A stretch of 64,000 bases of DNA from Octopus vulgaris (GCA_951406725.2 OX597818.1:87358001-87422000), one strand, 5' to 3'; shown: positions 27,942 to 42,279, counted from the first letter of the stretch. Notes: generated by a model from the sequence alone, not told the origin. Numbers and translations are program-made.

Positions 27942-28277
27942 TGTCTTCTACTATAGCCTCGGGTCAACCAAAGCCTTCATTGTGAGTTGATGTGGTAGAC
28001 GGAAACTGAAAGAAGCCCGTCGTATATATGTATACATATATATGTATGCGTGTGTATATGTTTGTGTGTTAGTGTTTGTCCCCCCCCCCCAAAAAAAAAC
28101 ATCGCTTGACAACCGATGGTGGTGTGTTTACGTCACCGTAACTTAGCGGTTCGGCAAAAAAGACCGATAGAATAAGCACTAGGCTTAGAAAGAATAAGTC
28201 CTGGGGTCTATTTGCTCGACTGAAGGCGGTGCTCCAGCATGGCCACAGTCAAATGACTGAAACAATTAAAAGAGTAA
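27942..28277 (+). mobile_element. Family B SINE, 5'-truncated
   Basis: tgtcttctactatagcctcggg..aatgactgaaac..aaaagagtaa. Confidence 0.88.
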
Positions 28278-28337
28278 GCGTTATATTATTATAAGATTGT
28301 AAATAAAACGTGAAAATCACAGTTGGAATTCCCTTGA

Positions 28338-28383
<46 letters not shown>

Positions 28384-28424
28384 CATATATATATACATAT
28401 ATACATACATATATATATACATAT

Positions 28425-28481
<57 letters not shown>

Positions 28482-28482
<1 letters not shown>

Positions 28483-28882
28483 TAGCAGTATCGCCCGGCG
28501 TTGCTCGGGTTTGTAAGGGAAATAACTATATAAGCATTTTTAGAGAGTTATAGCAAAAAAAAAAGCAAAAAATGCATTAAAAATGGAAAAAAAATGATGG
28601 TAATTTTTTTTAAAAATCGTTGACTCATTGTAGACATTTTTAGAGAGTTACTTCCCTTATATAATAGCGAAAAAATGCATTAAAATGGGAAAAAAAATGA
28701 TGGTCAATTTTTTTTTAAAATCGTAGACTCATCGTAGACGCGCGCTAATACCGAGAAGGGCTCGATATTAATCACGACTATAAGATACCCGCTTTTGGTT
28801 ACACTGCACCGCAAAATGAGGGAGTAGTTAGGAATCTAAATCGTAGAAGACAGACACACAACTTCACTTTTATATATAAAGA
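28482..28882 (-). mobile_element. Non-autonomous Helitron, same family as 12565
   Basis: Same hairpin+CTAG and TC termini; inserted in (AT)n. Confidence 0.9.
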
Positions 28883-29231
28883 TATATATATATACACACA
28901 TACATATATATAAATATATATATATGTATGTGTGTGTGTGTGTGTTTGTGTGTGAGAGAATATCTGTCCATGTGTGTATGTACGTATATATGTGACTGTG
29001 TGTGAGTATTAATATATATGTATATACTAAATACGTTTGTATATATATATATATGTGGGTTCATATATATATATATATATACATATACATACATGCATAC
29101 ATATGCATACATACGTGTACACCTGTTTGTACACACACACATGCATATATATATATGTATGTATATATATATATATGCACACATATATAAGTATATGTAT
29201 GCATACACAGACAAATACATACACACTCTCA

Positions 29232-29267
<36 letters not shown>

Positions 29268-29380
29268 CTCTCTTTCTCACTCACACACACACACACACAC
29301 CCACGTACATATATTCTGCAAAGCCAAGTAAATGATTATGCTATCCGATATTTCATATTCAGATATAACAATACGGTTAC

Positions 29381-29508
29381 TTGATCCCTGGGTTTCGATA
29401 TTGCAGAAGCATAAAATCTCTTTAGGCAGTTCATCACGTGGTCGATACGACATTGATGCAGATTCGCTGCAAGACGTATGCATCCCATGTGAACTAATTT
29501 GTCTTTAT
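29381..29508 (-). CDS. Possible isolated internal host exon (128 nt)
   Basis: ttacAG|..DKDKLVHMGCIRLAANLHQCRIDHVMNCLKRFYASAISKPRDQ|GTaacc. Open frame in non-repetitive DNA, but weak splice signals and no recognised homology. Confidence 0.25.
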
Positions 29509-29701
29509 CTGTAATATGGTCTCATAAATTCTCACTTTTGTCGCTACATTGCGTACAACTCATCACAAAGTCACATTTATACTTCTTCGTAATCTTTTCC
29601 TCGATTTTCCATTTCTTTCTTCACCATATTTTTTGAAAATACATTTGCTTTATATATATGTAAATGCATGTGTACATATATATATCTCACATACGTGCAT
29701 A

Positions 29702-29753
<52 letters not shown>

Positions 29754-29768
29754 GTATATATAAATATC

Positions 29769-29844
<76 letters not shown>

Positions 29845-29845
<1 letters not shown>

Positions 29846-30018
29846 CTCTTTTACTTATTTCAGTCATTTGACTGTGGCCATGCTGGAGCATTACCTTTAG
29901 TCGAGCAAATCGACTAGTATTTATTCTATCGGTCTCTTTTGCCGAACCGCTAAGTTACGGAGACGTAAACACACTAGCATCGGTTGTCAAGCGATGTTGA
30001 GGGACAAACACAGACACA

Positions 30019-30057
<39 letters not shown>

Positions 30058-30978
30058 ACACACACACATGCATATATACAACGGACTTCTTTCAGTTTCC
30101 GTCTACCAAATCCACTCACAAGGCTTTGGTCGACCCGAGGCTATAGAAGACACTTACCCAAGGTGCCACGCAGTGGGATTGAACCCGGAAGCATGTGATT
30201 CGTAAGCAAGCTACTTTATATCATTTGCCATAAAGGCAGTACACAGATATGTAGCTTTGCGGGCTAGACAAGACATTAATGAAGCGAATGATAAAGATAG
30301 AAGACAGAAAGCGCCCGCCCCCTGCTTCTCTAAAACATTATTAAAAAACAACATATATAGAGGTATTAAACGTCTTACAAATATATACAAAAATTGGACT
30401 AGAGGTCCATCACAAAAGAAACAAAATTTATACACATACATATGGAGGCGATAAACCTCTAGCATTACTCCCCAATTAACTCCTTTGCGGCCTGCAGGTA
30501 TTCCTGCAACTACCAATCGGAGCCCCCAAAAAGTAATCTGTAGTCCTCCTTTGGGAAGGATCTTGACCTGTGGAAAAAATATTTTCTTTCCAGTACCAGT
30601 GCGAAGGCCACACTGGACTATCAATAAAAATCGGGTTCATCAGAACCCGACTACCAAGATTTTTCTCCAAATACTTCTCAATCGCCCCTCCCCTGCGATA
30701 GAGGAATCAAATTCCTCATCACCTTTGCACGACCACAGGCAGGCAAATGTCTGGAACCCAGTGGAGACCCTTGCTCAACAAAAATTATTAATTACAGAAC
30801 AACAGACTCCACTAAGCCCCTCCCCCCACAAAAAAACACAAACAAACGCCTTACCTGTAGTCGTGCTTCCATTTTTCAATATTTCACCGTCGAACGACGT
30901 GACTTCGGAGTATAAAAACGCGAAGTCTTCAGTAATGAAGTAAGCAAGCTATTTACTACACACCCACTCCTACGCCTA
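29845..30978 (-). mobile_element. Family B SINE split by a ~725-bp insertion (30214-30939) with target-site duplication
   Basis: gtaagcaagcta at 30202-30213 and 30940-30951; the SINE head resumes after the second copy. Confidence 0.85.
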
Positions 30979-31123
30979 AACAGTCACTCATACGCCCTAT
31001 ACACACATACACACACACACACACACAAACACACACAGACACACACACACGCACGCACACACACACACACACTTATATATATATATATGTAAATGTAATA
31101 TGTGACAATTATTCGGTAGCCAT

Positions 31124-31184
31124 GATAAAACTCCGAGTTTCGGATACCGAGGTGGAAATCCACGCCGCCATCTCTTCAGTTATC
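31124..31184 (-). ncRNA. Type I hammerhead ribozyme, canonical core
   Basis: Minus strand: gataa-CTGAAGA-gat..gtgga/tccac..atc-c-GAAA-ctcggag-TT-ttatc; about 35 nt upstream of (AT)n. Confidence 0.8.
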
Positions 31185-31654
31185 CGGCCATCGGAAAAAT
31201 GCTATGAAAAATGACCGTTATACAAAGGGAAATTACTGTGATTGACCGTTATTAAGACAAAAGAGCTATTTGAATGACCGCTAAATAAGGGGAGGGAGTA
31301 AAAGTAAGGGGGTAAAAAAAGTTCATAGTATTCACGTTAGCGCGCATGTTCATACCTATACATGTGCGCCTGAACACCTACGTGCGTGCGCCTAAAAGTA
31401 TACATTCATCCACTCTCACTTGATAAACGTACTCACTTGCATCATTCGCCAAATATATTCCAAACTTTTGGCCACGACTGTATGTATATTTCATGTATTC
31501 AGCTACAATTTGCTCTCAGGTTGCCGAAATTTTGATCATAGTCCCATTTTTTCAAGGTTATAGAGGCTATAATGATTTTCTGCGATAATTTCTACAAACC
31601 TTTAAAAGGCTGGCCTTATGCCAAAATTTGAAACCAGTAATTTTATGTAGAGTA

Positions 31655-32148
31655 AAGTGGTGAGTTGGCAGAATCGTTAGCACGCTGGGCAAAATGCTTA
31701 GCGGCATTTCGTCCGTCCTTTACGTTCTGAGTTCAAATTCTCCGCCGAGGTCAACTTTGCCTTTCATCTTTTCGGGGACGATAAAATAAGTATCAGTTGA
31801 GCACTGGGGTCGAGGTAATTGGCTATCCCCCTCCCCCATCCCACACCCATATTTCTGGCCTTGTACCTAGGGCAGACAGGTTATTAAAGGAGGCGAACTG
31901 GCAGAATCGTTAGCACGCCGGGCGAAATGCTTAGCGGTATTTCGTCCGCCGCTGCGTTCTGAGTTCAAATTCCGCCGAGGTCGACTTTGCCTTTCATCCT
32001 TTCAGGGTCGATAAATTAAGCACCAGTTACGCATTGGGGTCGATGTAATCGACTTAATCCGCTCGTCTGTCCTTGTTTGTCTCCTCTGTGTGTAGCCCCT
32101 TGTGGGTAGTAAAGAAATAGATATTTCGTCTAGCGCTTCGTTCTGAGT
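31655..32148 (+). mobile_element. Two adjacent family A SINEs plus the start of a further multimer unit
   Basis: Heads at about 31655 and 31888; junction aaagaaatagatatttcgtct at about 32111. Confidence 0.88.
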
Positions 32149-32149
32149 G

Positions 32150-32448
32150 GAGAGCTGAACCATCTTGGGGTGCAGAGGATTCGCAATCTAGACTAGGGTC
32201 TGAAAGTTTACCACACCATGGTGGGTTACACCATGGTTCCTCTGCTTTGTGGCAGAAGTAGGAAGAAAGAGTGAAAGAAAGTTGTGGTGAAAGAGTACAG
32301 CGGGGTTCAACCCCCCGCTCCCCGCCGGAGCCTCATGGAGCTTAGGTGTTTTTGCTCAATAAACATTCACAATGCCCGGTCTGGAAATCGAAACCGTGTT
32401 CTTACGACCGCGAGTCCGCTGCCCTAACCGCTGGGCCATTGCGCCTCC
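32150..32448 (-). mobile_element. SINE with family C-like head
   Basis: Reverse complement of ggaggcgcaatggcccagcggttagggcagcggactcgcggtcg..ggtttcgatttcc. Confidence 0.7.
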
Positions 32449-32959
32449 GTTGTTGTTGCTAGTTACTGATGATGATCATGATGATGTTGATGTTGTTGTT
32501 ATTGAAGTTAATGCTATTATTACTGACTTGTTACTGTTGTAGTTGTTATTGCGTGTGTTACTATCATTGTTAGTTGTTGCTACTGTGATTGTTGTTGTTG
32601 TTGTTTTCTGTTGCTGTCAGAGTTTTGGAAATTTTAAAATTAAGCGAAAATTTTTTATGTTACAGAAGTTTAAATTTTGATAACTTTTTTTTACCGAAGC
32701 AGAGAGTAGGATTTGGAAACTGGCATTGTCTGCGTGATAATTATATATTACAAAATGAGTGCAAAAACATTACGATGACGAAATATTATGAAACAAAATA
32801 AAAACAAAACATTACGACGATGAAAGTTCTAAGAAGTTCTAAAGTTTTAATAAGTTTTAATGAACAAAGTCATGTGAAACGGTCGAACAGGCATGTAAAC
32901 AATCTAAGAAAGGAAAAATCCTCAACGAAAGTTTTTGGCGAATTCCAGAACTGTACGTT

Positions 32960-33646
32960 ATGATTTAGATTAAAGATTAGGGTCAGAGTCAAGGTTTAGG
33001 GTTGATGTTTAGGGTTGGGGTTTAGAGTTGGGATTTAGGATTGGGGTCATTGTAGAATTAGGGTTTAGGGTTAGAGTTAGGGTTTATGGTTGGAGTTTAG
33101 GGTTAGAATTAGGGTTTAGGCTTAGGGTTAGGGTTAGGGTTTAGGGTCAAGGCGGCGAGCTGGCAGAAACGTTAGCACGCCGGGCGAAATGCTTATTTCT
33201 TCTGCCATTACGTTCTGAGTTCAAATTCCGTCGAGGTCGACTTTGCCTTTCATTCTTTCGGGGTCGATAAATTAAGTACCAGTTACGCACTGGGGTCGAT
33301 GTAATCGACTTAATCTCTTTGTCTGCCCTTGTTTGTCTCCTCTATGTTTAGCCCCTTGTGGGCAATAAAGAAATAAGAATTAAGGTTTAGGGTTAGGGTT
33401 TAGGGTTAGAATTAAGGCTTAGGATTAGAGTTAGGGTTCATAGATGGGGTTTAAGATTAGAATTGGAGTTTAGAGTTATAGCTAGGGTTTAGAGTTAGAA
33501 TTATGATTAGGCTTAGAGTTAGGGTTCATAGATGGGGTTTAAGATTAGAATTGGAGTTTAGTGTTATAGTTAGGGTTTAGAGTTAGAATTATGATTAGGC
33601 TTAGAGTTAGGGTTTAGGGTTCTGGTTTAGGGTTAGAATTAGGGTC
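32960..33646 (+). repeat. Degenerate interstitial (TTAGGG)n-like array interrupted by a family A SINE (33150-33377)
   Basis: ttaggg, ttagag, ttagaa and tttaggg units; ttagggttagggtttagggt on both sides of the SINE. Confidence 0.9.
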
Positions 33647-33649
33647 AGG

Positions 33650-34893
33650 TGTTGCTCAGCACTCGTAGAGAGAAGACGTCCATTTGCTGCTTGCTGTCTT
33701 CGTGTTGCTTCTTATTTTGTTTATAATTTACCCTGAAAATGTCAAAAAAAAAAGAAAAGAAAAGAAAAGATAAACTGCTGACATCCCAATGGATAACATC
33801 GAGAAAAAGAAAAGGAAACATTTATTATTATCAAAAGTAGAGTTACTACAGAAACTTGATCGTGATGTGTCTGTGCGGTGGCTCACTGAAGAATACGAAA
33901 ACATTCCTGTAGACGATATGATGAAAATGTGTGATCGTCTAATATCTGGCCTCGAACAACGTGCATTTATTAGTGAGGAACAGATTATGGAAGTTTACTC
34001 AATTAAAGAGACATTGCTTAGACAGAAAAATATGCTAATGAGAGAGATGACACTTAAAAATGCTCTCTCTTGTAGTGCTGCTTCATCACTTTAGAATCCC
34101 GTTCCTGGCCCATCATCGGAAGTTTGCCTGCAACCTGATGACGACGTTGGTGATACTGATGGACGCTTTGAAGGCGGCGAGCTGGCAGAACCGTTAGCAC
34201 GCCGGGCGAAATGTGTAGCCGTATTTCGTCTGCCGCTACGTTCTGAGTTCAAATTCCGCCGAGGTCGACTTTGCCTTTCATCCTTTCGGGGTCGATTAAA
34301 TAAGTACCAGTTACGCACTGGGTCGATGTAATTGACTTAATCCCTTTGTCTGTCCTTGTTTGTCCCCTCTATGTTTAGCCCCCTGTGGGCAATAAAGAAA
34401 TAGATACTGATGGACCCAGTTCTACAACTTAACTGCAGATACATATTTAGCCTAGTTTGAACCAGTTTATGGCTCTAGCATATAAATAAACTGTTATTAC
34501 CATTTGTAGCCTTTCTTTATTTAAACCAGTTTGAATACTTAAACGTCTATCTACAGAAATATTATGGTAATGTGTATACCTGCACTTGTGAATCGTGTAT
34601 TTTTGTTTTAAATTATCCCACTATATGTATTTTGTTATTTATGTTCTTAATTATCTCGCTATTTCATTTACCTGTATATTACTCTATAAATAAATTATAA
34701 TAATATTTGTAATCTTTATTTCCGCCACTGATTGTGAGTACGTGTACATGTGCTTTTGCTACCATAGTAGGATGTCTGCTTTGATGTCTAGTTTACAATC
34801 TGGGGCAGCTGGCTTTTGTTCTGAAATCCGAAAAAATATGAAATTCAGAACACAACTGTCCCCAATTGTGCCCGATAAAGGATTATGTACCTG
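33650..34893 (+). mobile_element. Tigger/pogo-like deletion derivative
   Basis: ORF 33789-34094 joins an N-terminal HTH start (KRKHL..KVELLQKLD..VSV..LTEEY) to a C-terminal segment (IPVDDMMKMCD.LISGLEQRAFISEEQIM), with no DDE core; right end ..gattatgtacctg|TA. Confidence 0.65.
34171..34402 (+). mobile_element. Full-length family A SINE with 13-bp TSD
   Basis: gatactgatggac at 34152-34164 and 34403-34415. Confidence 0.93.
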
Positions 34894-35309
34894 TACATTT
34901 TTGTAGCGAAAGTTCAGAAAATATGTATGCGTCAAAGAAAATAGATAGGTAATGAAAATACACGTGGCGATAGTTTTTAAGGAGACTACTTCTTGGCTGG
35001 TTACTTTAGAAACAGGCACCAAAGTATCTGTAACTTTCGATTGGCTACCAAATTAGCCTGAATTTGCAAACTTTAAAAGCTATTAACTTTTTATTTATCA
35101 ATTTATGGCGAAAATGAATTTCATTTTCATAATTAACATACAAAAGTACACCAGTACGTCGAATTTGAACACAATTAGAACAAAATAGAAAAAAAAGAGA
35201 AATATAAAACTGTGACAGAAACAGAAAAGATCTGAAAACGCTCCAAAATTCAATAATCCAAATCTTGCATTATTATGGCTAATCATGTTTTATTGTTGTT
35301 GTTGCTTTT

Positions 35310-35379
<70 letters not shown>

Positions 35380-35493
35380 CCACTTTACTTCTCAGAGCGT
35401 TCGATCTTGTTTGCTCTGGTAGATTCCTGCTGCCAGAGATCTCTCAAGTTCTCGTTCTGCACACTATAAGCTTTGGTACTTGGTTGTTAATTA

Positions 35494-37038
35494 CACTGGT
35501 CAACAAAATGAAACTTTTTTTAATCATCAGAGTTGTTGATTGACTTTTCTGGGTTAATTTTTGATGCTGATTACAAATCTGAAGTTTGATTTCCTCTATC
35601 AGGTCACATTTTCATGTTAATGATACCTGCTGTTTTAACTTATAGGATACGTAAAGCATGTCTATATGAAGTATACTGAATATAAGATAGGATAATTTCA
35701 TGGATTTTTATTGTACAAAATTAAAATTATTGTGTACAAATTAGTTAGAATACACTCAAATGCATAACGACTTAAAATCTTTGGGATTTGAACTTTCTAT
35801 GATGTTCTGTCTCAGGTTCATCCCTGTATAACATTTTGGAATGCAGCTAACATTCCTGCATTACAAAATCCTTGATATAGTTGTTCCATCTTGATGAAAG
35901 CATTCCCCTTGCAAAAAAGTCCCGATGTGAATCAAGGAAATGGACTTTTAGTGATATCCGACAGCCCATTGCAGCGTAGGAGTCTAGAAGACATTTTACT
36001 CCCTTTCTAAACTCTAGAGATCTCTTGTTGCCTAGGAAATTTTCACAGAGCCATTTGAAGGATTCCCAGACTTTAAGCTCAGTCTCATCCAGTGCTGTAA
36101 GGAAGTGGTTGTCCCTCAGGAGTTCTTTTATCTGCGGACCTATGAATACGCCCTCCTTTAGTTTCGCCTCGGTGATTTTTGGAAATTTGGCCTTCACATA
36201 TTCAAAACCTTTTGAGCTTTTCCTGGCAAGTGTCTTCACGAATTGTTTCATGAGGCCAAGCTTTATGTGAAGAGGGGGAAGAAGAACATTTTCTGGGTTT
36301 AAAAGTTGCTTACTCTGGATGCTAGAAACCCCCGGATCATATGATTTTTGCAAAGGCCACTCTGATTGCACATAGTGCTTGTTAGTTGCACGACTGTCCC
36401 ATAGGCATAAAAAGCAACAATATTTCATGAACCCAGATTGCATCCCCATCAACATTCCATTCCCCTTCAAGTCTCCACATATTTTCCAGCTATAGTTTAT
36501 ATACTTTATGGCATTGAGGAGTATTTGCATGTTTTCATAACACTCCCTCATGTGCACTGAGTGTCTTATGGGAATGGATGGTTTCTTATTGCCGTTGTGT
36601 AGTAGTACTGCCTTGAGGTTTCTCTTAGATGACTCCATGAATAAGCGCTATTCAGCTGGAATATGCTCTTGGAACAAACAGCTAAATAACTCATCAGTGA
36701 GTCATTACTGAAACAAAATGGTCCATCAACAGAGAAGCATGAAGACAGATCCCTATAATGAGTAATACAGACATCTTTATTAAGCAGACATTTTTCATTT
36801 AGGTGAGTTCAGCTTTATCCTTCAACAATGACAAGTCTAAATCATTTAACTCTCCTTGAGAAAATTTCCTTGGTACGTCTCATTTTCAATCGCGAAATCT
36901 GCATCCACTTCAGTGTCTTCCACAGCAGTAGTACTTTCTTCAGGAAATACATCTTCATCAGACATCTGAAGGCCATTTTCTGGTGGTATTGGAATAGGAA
37001 GATCATCATCGTTGTGTGGTACTGGTCTTCTTGCTGAT
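35494..37038 (-). mobile_element. Chapaev3-like (CMC superfamily) DNA transposon relic
   Basis: ORF 35847-36638: SSKRNLKAVLLHNGN, WKICGDLK, CCFLCLWDSRA, LLPPLHIKLGLMKQFVK, AKLKEGVFIGPQI, SLKVHFLDSH; upstream RPVPHNDDDLPIPIPP; terminus CACTG at 35494. Confidence 0.8.
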
Positions 37039-37336
37039 TCCAAGTGGTTGGGAAGCAAGCTTCTTACCACACGACCACGACTGCACCTAGACGTATCTAA
37101 CGAAATATGTTTTCTTGGATATTACTGCTCTTCTTGCATCCCATGAATTATTATCTGTTTGTTAAGCATTTGCACACACCAGCAAATAATTCGTTTGCTG
37201 ATTCCTATGACAAAGAGTTCGTGCTCTTGTCAGATTCATTGGTTTAGCGGAGTAGTATTGACTGATGAGACACACAGCAAGGTCAAAACACCGCGGTGTC
37301 TCAAAGTTTCTTTATACCATTGAGTCAAATAACATG

Positions 37337-37438
37337 ACTTTGGTCAGCCCGAGGCTAAAGTAGAAGACACATGCCCAAGGTGCCACGCAGTAGGACTGAA
37401 CCCGGAACCATGTGGTTGGTAAGCCACTCCGGCGCCTA
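37337..37438 (-). mobile_element. Family B SINE 5' portion
   Basis: cccaaggtgccacgcag.aggactgaacccggaaccatgtggttggtaag. Confidence 0.85.
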
Positions 37439-37675
37439 TATATATATATATATATATATATATGAACATATATCGTCTAAAAGGAGGAGGCGTTCTCCGA
37501 TAGAGAAAGACAACTGCGATCCGTATATTCACGATCGAATCTGCCAGAAAGTATTAAGAATGAATAGATATACTACTGTTTGTGTTCCTGCTGTTCAATA
37601 TGTGGCCCATGTATGTATGTATGTATGTATGTATGTATGTATGTATGTATGTATGTATGTATGTATGTATGTATG

Positions 37676-37706
<31 letters not shown>

Positions 37707-37712
37707 GAAATG

Positions 37713-37794
<82 letters not shown>

Positions 37795-37864
37795 CCTACA
37801 TTTCTCTCTTTCTCCCTGTGTGTGTATGTGTGTGTGTGTGTGATTGTGTGCATAGATATATACA

Positions 37865-37898
<34 letters not shown>

Positions 37899-38215
37899 AA
37901 AACATACAAATATATATAAAACTGGCGGTCTTTCGTTTACGAAGAAAAGGGATCCAGTTGATCCGATCAAGGGATCAGCTTGCTCATGAAATTAACGTGG
38001 AAGTGGTTGAGCACTCCACAGACACGTGTACCCTTAACGTAGTTCTCAGGGAGGTTCAGTATGGGACAAAGCTGGCCCTTTGAAATATACAAGTACTACT
38101 CATTTTTGCCATTTTTGCCAGTCTTGCTCAAGACAACTCATTGCTGGGAATTGAGCTCAAGACCTTACTATCATCAGCCGAATACCCTAACCACTAAGAC
38201 ACGTGCCTTCACTTT

Positions 38216-38249
<34 letters not shown>

Positions 38250-38251
<2 letters not shown>

Positions 38252-38393
38252 CGTAAGAGTGGCTTACCAACCACATGGTTCCGGGTTCAGTCCCACTGCG
38301 TGGCACCTTGGCCATGTGTCTTCTACTATAGCCTCGGGCCGACCAAAGCCTTGTGAGTGGATTTGGTAGAAGGAAACTGAAAGAAGCCTGTCG

Positions 38394-38434
<41 letters not shown>

Positions 38435-38650
38435 GTGTGTGTGTATGTGTGTTTGTCCTCCCAGCATCGCTTGACAACCGATGCTGGTGTGTTTACGTCC
38501 CCCCGTAACTTAGCGGTTCGGCGAAAGAGACCGATATAATAAGTACTAGGCTTACAAAGAATAAGTCCTGTGGTCGATTTCCTCGACTAAAGGCGGTACT
38601 CCAGCATGACCGCAGTCAAAAATGACTGAAACAAGTAAAAGAGTAAAGAG
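38250..38650 (+). mobile_element. Family B SINE, near full length
   Basis: Same head, body and tail as 24371-24817. Confidence 0.9.
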
Positions 38651-38656
38651 AGATAT

Positions 38657-38725
<69 letters not shown>

Positions 38726-38799
38726 ATATGCTGTTCATACAGATTTGCCGCTTGTTTCTCTGGGATTGGTCAAATTGATGAAGATACTTCTGATGATAA

Positions 38800-39200
38800 T
38801 CCAATAAGGTTCGACCAATGAAAACGTAAGAGCTACTAAAATAAAATGGACGCTAGACAGAAGCCAATAGGTGACGATGTACATTAGACTTAAAAGACTG
38901 GAGGTCATGTTGATGTGGAAAACAAGACTATGGAAGGGAATTCCAGAGTTCAGAAGAGCGAGAGAAGAAACTGGTACTGTAAAGTGCTTTAGGATACTAA
39001 GGAGGTTGCACAGTATACTGATGAGAACTGGCTGCAAGTCTAGTTGAGCGCTGATAAGTTATTAAAGGGGAAACCAGAGGAGAGAGAGAGGTCGACTGAA
39101 CAATGTCCATGAAAATACTTATAGGAAAGAGACAAGGAAGCCACACGACGACGATGAGAGAGTGAATCCAATTTAGAAGATAGATCAGGAACAATAGCAT
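38800..39200 (-). mobile_element. Degraded CR1/L2-group LINE 3' fragment
   Basis: [26 protein letters not shown]..; FSRSSELWNSLP; related to 5110-5560. Confidence 0.6.
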
Positions 39201-39334
39201 TATTTTTTCATCATATTTTCAATCTATGTTTCTATATCTATGAGTTCTACACACACACACACACACACATGCACACACATACACATACACTCACACATAT
39301 TTTTTATGTATATGTGCGTACATATTTATGTGTA

Positions 39335-39389
<55 letters not shown>

Positions 39390-39391
39390 TA

Positions 39392-39451
<60 letters not shown>

Positions 39452-39491
39452 CATATATATATATACATATACATACATACATACATACATG

Positions 39492-39558
<67 letters not shown>

Positions 39559-41376
39559 GTATGCATATACATATATGTGTTTATATATATTTATATGTAA
39601 ACATACAGACATATATACACATATATATATGTACACGCAGACATACACACTTGTACACACGCACTCGCTACACGTATATACCTATATATAATTAATATAT
39701 ATTCATATGCGTTTAACATTCCATTTATATAAAACTTCTATCAACTCTCCTGTATTTAAAAACAACGAACGACAGCTTCTTTCATCTTCAACCAATAATC
39801 CATACTGGCTATTATATGTGACTAACTAGTGTTCACTTTGCCGCTCTACCATAAATATATTCTACTGTCCTTGTTAACGCAAATCATTCTTAAGTGTACA
39901 GGATTGTACCAAGATCGGTAACAACGAGAAATTTCAGGAGTTACGATTTGTGAACTCCCAGTATCCAATAAATATAAATTACACACCACCAAAACGTTCA
40001 GACACATGTATGTATGTATGTATGTATGTATGTATGTATGTATGTATGTATGTATGTATGTATGTATGTATGTATGTATGTATGTATGTATGTATGTATG
40101 TATGTATGTATGCATGTATGCATGTATGTATGTATGTATGTATGTATGTATGTATGTATGTATGTATGTATGTATGCATGCATGCATGCATGTATGTATG
40201 TATGTATGTATGTATGTATGTATGTATGTATGTATGTATGTATGTATGTATGATGTATGTCTGTATGTAGAGTTAATCCAAACAAGAAAGTACAAAAAAA
40301 TACAACAACGCGAGGACGTGGAACAAATATAGTATTATTGGACACTCAGGAAAGAAGGAAAGAAGGAGCTCTTCGTCGGAAACATAGGAGTAGGAAAGAT
40401 CCAGGGAAGGGACGACAGAGGAAAAAAATCGCCAACGGTACACACGCGGTAACATTTTGAATGTATGTATGCATGTATGTGTGTGTGTGTGTATGTATGT
40501 ATGTATATAACGAAGAACAAACATAAGAAAAAAAAACAACAACAACGCGAGTCAGACTTGAACTTGAAAGTGTTACATAAAATATGTACATAGTATGCAT
40601 ATTTAATACATTCTTTTCTGCGCAGAGTTTCTGATTGCTGGTAGCTATGTGTAGCGCTATTTCATTCTTCTTTAGAATCGCCAGCACAGCATAATTGAGA
40701 CAAATAAATGAAGCTAAATTCAACATTGCACGAATTTAAACATTTCTTATTCTTGAAGTTATACATATAAACACATACATATTTTAGCTCACGCATAGAC
40801 ATATGTACATATATATACATATATTTGTGTGTATGTGTATGCCTATATATATATAATATATATACATGTATATATTGTGCAGTCAAATATAATTAAACTT
40901 CTCTGGAAGATTAATAGTTAAAACTCAACGTAGTGTAGCGTATAATAGTAGTATAATGAGAGCATGTATATATACACACAAACATATAAATATTTATATA
41001 CATACACATACATATATATATACATATGCATCTATGTGTGTATGTGTGTGGGTGTGTACGTGGATGTCTGTATTCATATGTACATTCACACACACACACA
41101 CATATATAGTCACAAATACATTCACTCTCTTTGCCAACACAGACACTTACAATTCCATCGCTGGAATCTTGAACTTTTTCAACAATTCATTTAAATTTCT
41201 TTGACCAAAACTATTTACCGTAAAATATCTTGGAAGTGAAGGGAATGAAAGAACAATTAAGAACAAAAAAATAAAAAAAAAACAGGGCAAATAAGAGAAG
41301 GGAAAAAATGGTAAGGAAGAGTTGAAGTAATATAATGAAATGTTCAAAACAATGAAACGATCGAACTGACACACAC

Positions 41377-41415
<39 letters not shown>

Positions 41416-41589
41416 CATGTGTGCGCGAGCGTGTATGAACCAGTACAAACACACATATAAACCCAAATATACATAAATATATCGACTTTCTATGCATGTA
41501 TATATATTTCTTTCCCTCTATATTTGTGTGTACGTGTGTGTATGCGTATGTATACGTGTCTATGTGTGTCCATCTGTATCGAATATCCA

Positions 41590-41666
<77 letters not shown>

Positions 41667-42013
41667 GTCTGTCAGTCTCTTTGCCCCTCTCTCTGTCTCT
41701 GTCTGTCTGTCTGTCTGTCTCTCGCTCTCTCTCTCTCTATCTCTCTCTCTCTCTCTCTATCTATCCATCCAATTGTCAATGTATTGTCTATGTATGCATA
41801 ATTGTATGTTTGTAGTATATACATATATTTATATATATATTTAAGACAATCCATAGTTATAGATATATGTATACATACATGCGTATATATATGTATATAC
41901 TTATATATATATATACATATATACATGCATATATATGTACATATATTCATATATATATATATATGTACATATATTCATATACATATATATATATATATAT
42001 ATATACTTATAAA

Positions 42014-42051
<38 letters not shown>

Positions 42052-42136
42052 TATATGTGTGTATTTGAGTATGTGTATATGTGCGTATGTGTTTGAATCC
42101 ATCCACCCACCCATCCATCCATCCATCCATCCATCC

Positions 42137-42186
<50 letters not shown>

Positions 42187-42192
42187 GTTTAT

Positions 42193-42279
<87 letters not shown>

